From an uncultured Alphaproteobacteria bacterium (lineage in GTDB: Bacteria; Pseudomonadota; Alphaproteobacteria; Kiloniellales; DSM-21159), in contig CALNZX010000005.1 in NCBI GenBank assembly GCA_942491105.1, positions 70,419 through 134,418 of the forward strand: 64,000 nt of DNA, written 5' to 3'. Shown in pieces: positions 27,929 to 34,346 of the stretch; position 1 is the first letter of the stretch; each line of letters begins with the position of its first letter. The position numbers and the translations under genes are program-made. A model generated the notes under the pieces. It had not been told where the DNA came from. It did not search any database and worked only from the letters and a program-made list of their open reading frames with translations.

Positions 27929-28810
27929 ATGAGCATGATGATGCCGCCAATCGTCGATATGCGTTTGCGTCCGCCGATTCCGGCCTGGACCCGGGGCAGC
28001 GTGTTTCGCACGGCGATGCACTATCCCCGGCAGATGGTCAGCTTCAAGGGCGCCCGTTCGGCCTGGCTCGAGGATCTCGACATCCTCTTCGAGGAGATGG
28101 ACTCCGCGGGTATCCGCTATGGCGTGCTGATCGGACGCGCCTCTTCGGGCGCGGGCAATCTTGGCGGTGTCGAGAATCGCGAGATCGTCGAGGCTGTGAA
28201 CAGCTACCCCGACAGATTTCTCGGTTTCCTCGGTGTCGATCTCGACGATATTCCCAAGGGCCTAGCCGAGATTCGCGAGTACGCGGCCGAGGAAAACATC
28301 AAGGGCATCTCGATCGAGCCCGGCTCGGCGCGCGAGCCGCGCTGGTCCGACGATCCCAGCCTCGATCCGATCTACGAGATCGCGCAGGAGTTCGATCTGC
28401 CTGTCTCGATCTCGCTGTCGGGTCTGCTGTCCGTGCTCGGCGGGCATGATATCTCCTGGTCGAGCCCGGTTTCGATTCAGCGGGCGGCGCAGAAGTACCC
28501 CGATGTGAAGATCATCGTCTCCCATGCCGCCTGGCCCTATGCGGCGGAGATGGTCGTGGTCGCTTTGGCCTGCCCGAACATCTACGTCTCGCCGGATCTC
28601 TATGCCTCGACCAAGGACATCATCTGCGCCGATACCTATGTGAAGGGCGCCAATATGTTCCTCGAGGACCGGACGCTTTTCGGCACCGCCTATCCGGTCA
28701 AGGACATCCAGGATTCGGTCCGCGATTTTCTCGAGATGGGATGGCGGCAGGATATCATCCCGAAGATCCTCTACCGCAACGCGGCGAAGCTGCTGAAGCT
28801 CGATCTCTAG
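27929..28810 (+). CDS. Amidohydrolase_2 (PF04909-like, COG2159) TIM-barrel family protein, with atypical ligand positions
   Basis: ORF 27902..28810. Start set at ATG 27929, after GGGAGGAAAAACAG. The family resemblance (IVDMRLRPP..., VSHAAWPY, LFGTAYPV, RNAAKLLKL) was judged by eye. Confidence 0.7.
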   Translation: MSMMMPPIVDMRLRPPIPAWTRGSVFRTAMHYPRQMVSFKGARSAWLEDLDILFEEMDSAGIRYGVLIGRASSGAGNLGGVENREIVEAVNSYPDRFLGFLGVDLDDIPKGLAEIREYAAEENIKGISIEPGSAREPRWSDDPSLDPIYEIAQEFDLPVSISLSGLLSVLGGHDISWSSPVSIQRAAQKYPDVKIIVSHAAWPYAAEMVVVALACPNIYVSPDLYASTKDIICADTYVKGANMFLEDRTLFGTAYPVKDIQDSVRDFLEMGWRQDIIPKILYRNAAKLLKLDL

Positions 28811-28839
28811 AGCTTGACCTTAGTGCCTGAGCTGGTTGG

Positions 28840-28874
28840 CGGCGCGGCTTGCCCATAAATAGGCAGCCGCGCCG
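28840..28874. terminator. Hairpin between convergent genes (bidirectional terminator candidate)
   Basis: CGGCGCGGCTTGCC (28840-28853) pairs with GGCAGCCGCGCCG (28862-28874), with one bulged T and an 8-nt loop. Confidence 0.5.
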
Positions 28875-28882
28875 TCCGCCTT

Positions 28883-29722
28883 TCAGGGGGCGTCGGATTT
28901 CAGCAGGTTGCGATACTCGTAGCTGTCCGAGTGCATCAGGCTGCGGCGCCATTCGACGGGTTTGTCCTCGAAGGTGACCGCGACGCGGATGATTTCGAGC
29001 AGCGGCGTCCCGAAGGCGATGTTCAGCCGCTTCGCGGTCGTCGGGTCCGCGGGCACGGCGCGCAGCCGGTCGAGGGTGCGAATGACGTTGATTCCGAACT
29101 TGCTCTGATACAGCCCGTAGATCGTGCTGTCGCGCGCGACGAAGGCGGCCTCGGTCAAGCCGGGAAACATCGCGATGGGAATGCGGATTTCGTCGTGCAC
29201 GATGGGCTCGCCGCGCATCAGCATCAGATTGAAGACGCTGTAGATGCCGTCGCCCGGGCGAATCGCGAGCGCCTCCGCCGTTTCCTCGTCGGCGCTATCC
29301 TCGGCGAAGGACAGAGTCTGGACGATGGGGACCTCGCGATGGCCGTCGCGGTGCACGATATGAAAAAAGACGTTGAGCATGCGCTCTGGGCTGTAGGGCG
29401 CGAGGAAGGTGCCGCGGCCCTGCTGCCGGATCAGGACATGCTCGGCGACCAGTTCGTCGATGGCCCGGCGGATCGTGCCGATGCTGGTGCCGAAGGTCGC
29501 GCAGAGCTGCTTTTCCGTGGGGATGGCATCGCCGGCCTGGATATCGCCGCTGCTGAGCATGCGCGTGATCGCCAGCTTCACCTCCTTGTACAGCGGCTGG
29601 CTGGAGTCGCCCATCAGGGTGATGGCGTCGCGCCGTGTCCGGCGCGCAGGCGGTTGCGAGAGGGGCGATGAATCCTGCGGCGCGGGGGAAGAGCGTTTCG
29701 GCATGTCGGCGTCTCTGCTCAT
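28883..29722 (-). CDS. GntR family transcriptional regulator, HutC/UTRA subfamily
   Basis: ORF 28883..29740 (TTG). ATG starts at 29722 or 29704 are more likely. HTH: IPTEKQLCATFGTSIGTIRRAIDELVAEHVLIRQQGRGTFL. The C-terminus is UTRA-like. Confidence 0.8.
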   Translation of the reverse strand: MSRDADMPKRSSPAPQDSSPLSQPPARRTRRDAITLMGDSSQPLYKEVKLAITRMLSSGDIQAGDAIPTEKQLCATFGTSIGTIRRAIDELVAEHVLIRQQGRGTFLAPYSPERMLNVFFHIVHRDGHREVPIVQTLSFAEDSADEETAEALAIRPGDGIYSVFNLMLMRGEPIVHDEIRIPIAMFPGLTEAAFVARDSTIYGLYQSKFGINVIRTLDRLRAVPADPTTAKRLNIAFGTPLLEIIRVAVTFEDKPVEWRRSLMHSDSYEYRNLLKSDAP

Positions 29723-29895
29723 GGGTTGCTTGTGAACCAAGGCCCAGGCAGAACGCCCGGACCGGCTTGGCCTGCCTCCCTTAACGCCGCATCGCGGGCG
29801 AAGCGGCTGCGGTCGAATCTAGCCAAGATGGAACTGGCGATCCAGAACTCCTTGGCGGGGGCCGCCGCAGGGAAGCGGGCACTAGCAGGGTCTTG

Positions 29896-29923
29896 TTGAC
29901 CTGGCAAAAATGATTTGTATCAT
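29896..29923 (+). promoter_or_regulatory. Promoter-like TTGACC-N16-TATCAT with the overlapping inverted repeat ATGAT-ttgt-ATCAT
   Basis: TTGACC at 29896-29901, TATCAT at 29918-29923 and the inverted repeat at 29910-29923. It lies 35 nt upstream of the PrpD-family start at 29958. The architecture is the same as at 25701..25728. Confidence 0.45.
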
Positions 29924-29957
29924 TCATATGTTTCGAAATCCACTGCATGAGGGCACC

Positions 29958-31304
29958 ATGAACATTACCCGAGAGATCGCCGGCCGCGTGGCAAGCACGC
30001 GCTTCGACGACTTCGCAGCGCAAGACGTTGCCTATTCCAAGACTCTCGCGATGAGTGCCCTGGGGGCGATGGTCGCCGGGCCCAACTGCGTGGGCAGCGA
30101 TATCATGACCCGCTACGTGAAGCGCGCGGGCGGCGCCGCGGAGGCGACGGTACTCGGCGCGTCCTGCAAGGCGCCGGTGGAATTGGCCGCCCTGGCCAAT
30201 GGCACCTACGCCCATGCCACGGAGTACGAGGACGACAGTTTCCCCGAAGCCGTCTCCAGCTACACCTTGTTTCCAGCCATCCTGGCGCTCGGCGAAAAGC
30301 TGGGGTCCGATGGCAAGGACGTGATCGCCGCCTTCATCCTGTCCTATGAAGCCCAGGCGCGGATCGGTATCGCTTGCCGCGAGGCGCGGCGTCTCGGCTA
30401 CATGGTGCTCAGCCTGGCGGGGTCTCTGGGCTGCGCCGTCGCCGGCGCGAAGCTGCTCGGCCTCGACGAGGAACGCACCGCCAATGCCATCGCCATCGCC
30501 GCGTCCCAGGCCAGCGGCATCGGCTATCAGACCGGCACCATGGCGCATATCGTCGAGATGGGCTTTTCCGCGCGCAACGGCTTGACCGCGGCGCTGCTCG
30601 CCAGCGACGGCTTTACCGGCCAGCAGGACATCCTCGAGGCGCCGCGCGGCCTGTTCAACATCATCACCGGCGGCAAGGTCGAAAACCCCGAGGCGATCCT
30701 CGGGGACTGGGGCCAGCCCTATCGAATCAACGAGATCGGGATCAAGTCCTATCCCTGCTGCTACCACCTGCAGCGGATGATCGAGACGACGGTCGCGGTG
30801 CGCCAGGAGGAGAACCTCGGCGTCGACGACATCGAGGAGATCGAGGTCGAGGTCAACGCCTTCTTCCCCACCGTCGTGCAGCACGAGGAGCCCAAGGACG
30901 AGATCCAGGCGCAGTTCAGCCTGCCCCATGTCCTGGCCATCGCGATGCTCGAGCCGAACGTCCTGCCGGCCGGTTTCGCCAAGGCCAAGATCGAGGATCC
31001 CGCCTTCGCGCGCTTCCGCAAGAAGGTGAAGACCGTGGTGCGCGAGGACTGGGGCTGGACGCCGACCGGCTGGACGCCGAACATCACCTATCGCCTCGCC
31101 GATGGGCGGACCATCGAACGCCGCCCGGAAACCGCCAAGGGACAGCCGCCGGCCCTGCTCGATTTCGAGGCCTGCGTGCCGAAGTACCGCGGCTGTGTCG
31201 ATGGCGTCGTCGCGGAAGAGAATATCCAGCGCTCGATAGAAATCATGGCCCAGCTCGATGCCTGCGAGGATGTCGGCGAGCTGATGCGTACGGTCGCCGT
31301 CTAG
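29958..31304 (+). CDS. MmgE/PrpD family protein (2-methylcitrate dehydratase-like)
   Basis: ORF 29910..31304. Start set at ATG 29958 (MNITREIAGRV), with GAGGG upstream. Length and sequence are typical of the PrpD family. Confidence 0.85.
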   Translation: MNITREIAGRVASTRFDDFAAQDVAYSKTLAMSALGAMVAGPNCVGSDIMTRYVKRAGGAAEATVLGASCKAPVELAALANGTYAHATEYEDDSFPEAVSSYTLFPAILALGEKLGSDGKDVIAAFILSYEAQARIGIACREARRLGYMVLSLAGSLGCAVAGAKLLGLDEERTANAIAIAASQASGIGYQTGTMAHIVEMGFSARNGLTAALLASDGFTGQQDILEAPRGLFNIITGGKVENPEAILGDWGQPYRINEIGIKSYPCCYHLQRMIETTVAVRQEENLGVDDIEEIEVEVNAFFPTVVQHEEPKDEIQAQFSLPHVLAIAMLEPNVLPAGFAKAKIEDPAFARFRKKVKTVVREDWGWTPTGWTPNITYRLADGRTIERRPETAKGQPPALLDFEACVPKYRGCVDGVVAEENIQRSIEIMAQLDACEDVGELMRTVAV

Positions 31305-31350
31305 GTAGCTGGTCTGCGGCGCGTCCCGGCTCTGGTGCGGGGCGCGTTCG

Positions 31351-32268
31351 CTAGAAGCTGCGGAAGCTCTGCTCGTAGCCCTTGGCGCGTTCCTGCAAGG
31401 CGGCGATCAGCGTATCCACGGCTCTGGATTGCGGCCGCTGCACCGGCAGCAGCAGGCCGAAGTCCAGCTTGATCGCGGGCAGGAAGGGCTTCATCACCAC
31501 GCCCTTGTCGGCGAAGGCGCTGGCGGTAAAGACATCGACCACGGAAACGCCCAGTCCGGCGGCGACCAGATCGCAGATCGCGGCGCCGGACTGGGTTTCG
31601 ATCGTCAGCCGCCGCTGAATGCCGAGACGCTCGAAGACCTGGTCGACCCGGCGGCGCAGGAAGGTGTCGGGGATGATGGAAATGAAGGCTTCGTTGTTCA
31701 GGTCCTCGGCCTTCACCACGGGAACATGGGTCAGGCGGTGTTCGGGCGGCAGCACGCAGACGCAGTTGAGGCTGGCGAGATGCGTGATATTGGCCGCCGG
31801 ATAATCGATGGGCAGAGTCGCGAGCCCGATGTCGAACTGCTGCCCGTCCAGCCATTCCCGCAGCTCGCGCTTGACGATGGTCTTCACGGAGACGCGGATC
31901 CGCGGCATCTGCTTCTGGAACTTCACCAGCGCCTCGGGGATCAGCCGCTGGATCATCGGCATCGTGGCGATCACCCGGACCAGCCCGCTGTCCGTCAGCG
32001 CGATGTTCTGCATCAGGTTGCTAAGGTGGGTCAGGCCAGGATAGACGCGCTCGATGCCGCGGAACAGGGCCTCGGCCTCGGCGGTGGGGTGCAGCCGCCC
32101 GCCCCGGCGGATGAACAGCTGGTAATCGACCTGGGCTTCGAAGTTGTGGATCAACCGGCTCACCGCGGGTTGAGACACATTCAGAATCGACGCGGCCTGG
32201 CTGGTCGAACCTGAAATCATGACCCAGCGGAAGGCATCGATTTGTTTCAGATTGAGGGCGCCCGCCAT
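31351..32268 (-). CDS. LysR family transcriptional regulator
   Basis: 305 aa. N-terminal HTH: LKQIDAFRWVMISGSTSQAASILNVSQPAVSRLI. It is divergent from the carboxyltransferase operon. Confidence 0.9.
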   Translation of the reverse strand: MAGALNLKQIDAFRWVMISGSTSQAASILNVSQPAVSRLIHNFEAQVDYQLFIRRGGRLHPTAEAEALFRGIERVYPGLTHLSNLMQNIALTDSGLVRVIATMPMIQRLIPEALVKFQKQMPRIRVSVKTIVKRELREWLDGQQFDIGLATLPIDYPAANITHLASLNCVCVLPPEHRLTHVPVVKAEDLNNEAFISIIPDTFLRRRVDQVFERLGIQRRLTIETQSGAAICDLVAAGLGVSVVDVFTASAFADKGVVMKPFLPAIKLDFGLLLPVQRPQSRAVDTLIAALQERAKGYEQSFRSF

Positions 32269-32289
32269 GCCGTGTTCCTATAAATATGC

Positions 32290-32309
32290 ATAGATTTTAT
32301 GATATCTAT
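32290..32309. promoter_or_regulatory. Inverted repeat ATAGAT-N8-ATCTAT (LysR-type recognition-site candidate)
   Basis: Read directly. It lies 22-41 nt upstream of the LysR start (32268, minus strand), in the divergent intergenic region. Confidence 0.4.
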
Positions 32310-32361
32310 ACAGAAAAAACATAGCTAGGGGCAAGGGTTTCGATCAACCTAGCGCGCTAGC

Positions 32362-32410
32362 GGTAATCCCTTATTATTTCTTGGATTATTGGCGATTATT
32401 GCGGATTATC
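32362..32410. repeat. Helically phased AT-motif array: GATTAT at 32384, 32394 and 32404 (10-bp period), preceded by TTATTAT (32372) and an inverted GGTAATCC (32362)
   Basis: The sequence reads cggtaatccc ttattatttc ttggattatt ggcgattatt gcggattatc. It lies in the LysR/carboxyltransferase intergenic region. Confidence 0.55.
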
Positions 32411-32556
32411 CTGCATCGTCTACCTGCTTCATCTATAATTATACTGCATAGCTGAATGAGACAATAATATTGGAAATTATATTATGGACCCGTGAGGATT
32501 GATCAAAGCGGACCGCTGGCCCGCGCCAAGAAAAACCTCTCTGGGGAGAATCATCA

Positions 32557-34086
32557 GTGGCGTTCAAGGAACTGCTCGAGGATTTTGAGCAGAAGAAGCA
32601 GACGGCGCTTGCCATGGGCGGCGAGGAGAAGCTCGCCAAGCGGCGCGCGCAGGGACATCTCAATGCCCGTGAGCGCCTCGACGCATTGCTTGATCCCGGC
32701 AGCTATTTCGAGTCTGGCTTGTTCGCCAAGGGTATCCGCCCGGAGGCGCGCCACAAGACGCCGGCGGATGGGAAGATCGCCGGCTACGGCCGCATCGACG
32801 GCCGTGAGGTCGCGGTGGTCGCGAACGATTTCACCGTAGTCGGCGCGACCAGCAGCTCCATCAATGGCAAGAAAATCCGCCACATGCGCGAGGTCGCGAC
32901 CGACCGGGGCCTGCCGCTGATTTTCCTCGGCGAATCGGCCGGGGCGCGGATGCCCGATCGCATGGGCGCGCCGGGTCGCGCCATGCTGGGGCAGGACGCC
33001 GCCGAATACCTACGGCTGCGCAAGACGCCCTGGGTTTCCGCGCTGCTGGGCGATTGCTACGGCTCCTCCACCTGGTACGCCTGCATGTCCGATTTCGTGG
33101 TCATGCGGAAGGGCGCGACCATGGCGGTGGCCAGCAGCCGGGTGACCTCGGTGGCCATCAATCAGCCGGTCGAGGCCGAGGATCTGGGCGGCTGGCGGCT
33201 GCACACCAGCGAAACCGGGCTGGTCGACATGGCCGTCGATAGCGACGAAGAGGCGCTGGAGGCGGTGCGCACCTTCCTCAGCTACCTGCCGAGCCATGCC
33301 GGCGAGGCGCCGCCGCGTCACGCCGTTCCCGAGGGGTCCGACGACAACGCGGAACGGATCCTGGAAATCCTGCCCGAGGTGCGCAACGCGGTCTACGACG
33401 TGCGCGATATCGTGCGCTGCGTCGTCGATACGGATAGCCTTTTCGAGCTCAAGGGCCGCTTCGGCAAGTCGGTAATGACCGGCCTCGCGCGGATCGACGG
33501 GCGTTCCGTCGGCGTTCTCGCCAACAACCCGAAGTTCAAGGGCGGGGCGATCGACGTCAATGCGATGCGCAAGGCCGTCAGCTTCCTGGTGCTCTGCGAC
33601 TCCTACAATATCCCGGTCGTCTTCATGGTCGATCAGCCGGGCTTTTTGATCGGTATCGAGGGCGAGAAGCGCTGGGCGCCGGGCCGGATCATGAATTGGA
33701 TGAACGCGATCAGCCTGGTTTCCACCCCGAAGCTCTCGGTGATCATGCGTAAGAGCTATGGGCAGGCCTATCTCAACATGGGCGGCGGCCGGAATTCCGA
33801 CGAGGTGCTGTGCTGGCCCACGGCCGATCTCGGTTTCGTCGATCCGGTGCTCGGCGTGCAGATGATGCACAAGCTGAAACGCGACGAAGATCCCGAGCGT
33901 TTCGACGCCCTGGTCGAGGATCTCAAGCAGGACTCTTCGGCTTGGGCGCTGGCCGAGCTTTATGAAACCCACGCCGTCATCGACCCCAGGGAAACCCGGC
34001 AGGCGCTGAAGCGTCTGCTGGAGGTCCATGCCGGGGGTGGCGAAGTCGGCCAGCACCATCTGGCGACCTGGCCGACAAGTTATTGA
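32557..34086 (+). CDS. Acyl-CoA carboxylase carboxyltransferase subunit (12S / PccB / GcdA family)
   Basis: 509 aa with a GTG start after GGGGAGA. Typical family sequence: GHLNARERLDALLDPGSYFE, VVANDFTVVGATSS and PVVFMVDQPGFLIG. Confidence 0.9.
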   Translation: MAFKELLEDFEQKKQTALAMGGEEKLAKRRAQGHLNARERLDALLDPGSYFESGLFAKGIRPEARHKTPADGKIAGYGRIDGREVAVVANDFTVVGATSSSINGKKIRHMREVATDRGLPLIFLGESAGARMPDRMGAPGRAMLGQDAAEYLRLRKTPWVSALLGDCYGSSTWYACMSDFVVMRKGATMAVASSRVTSVAINQPVEAEDLGGWRLHTSETGLVDMAVDSDEEALEAVRTFLSYLPSHAGEAPPRHAVPEGSDDNAERILEILPEVRNAVYDVRDIVRCVVDTDSLFELKGRFGKSVMTGLARIDGRSVGVLANNPKFKGGAIDVNAMRKAVSFLVLCDSYNIPVVFMVDQPGFLIGIEGEKRWAPGRIMNWMNAISLVSTPKLSVIMRKSYGQAYLNMGGGRNSDEVLCWPTADLGFVDPVLGVQMMHKLKRDEDPERFDALVEDLKQDSSAWALAELYETHAVIDPRETRQALKRLLEVHAGGGEVGQHHLATWPTSY

Positions 34087-34124
34087 GCAACGGCGGCAGC
34101 CGGCAAGACAAAGGAAGCGAGTGA

Positions 34125-34346
34125 ATGGCCGATATTGAAGTAAAGAGCGACGTTACCGGCGCTGTCTGGAAAGTCCTGGTCGAGGTTGGTGCCGAGGTCG
34201 CCGAAGACGACACCCTGGTCATCCTCGAATCCATGAAGATGGAAATCCCGATCTCCGCGCCCGAGGACGGAACGGTCAAGAGCATCGCGCTGGCCGAGGG
34301 CGATGCGGTGACCGAAGGGCAACTCGTGCTGGTGCTCTCCGTCTAA
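34125..34346 (+). CDS. Minimal biotinyl-domain carrier protein (1.3S/PCC-alpha C-terminal type)
   Basis: 73 aa consisting only of a biotinyl/lipoyl-type domain with the motif ILESMKMEIPI. Confidence 0.85.
   Translation: MADIEVKSDVTGAVWKVLVEVGAEVAEDDTLVILESMKMEIPISAPEDGTVKSIALAEGDAVTEGQLVLVLSV

Noticed and set aside
32362-32410. The short phased repeats considered as a CRISPR array or plasmid iterons.
   Set aside because: The repeat unit is only 6-8 bp with a 10-bp period and no unique spacers. No cas or rep genes are nearby, and the context is a LysR-controlled promoter region.
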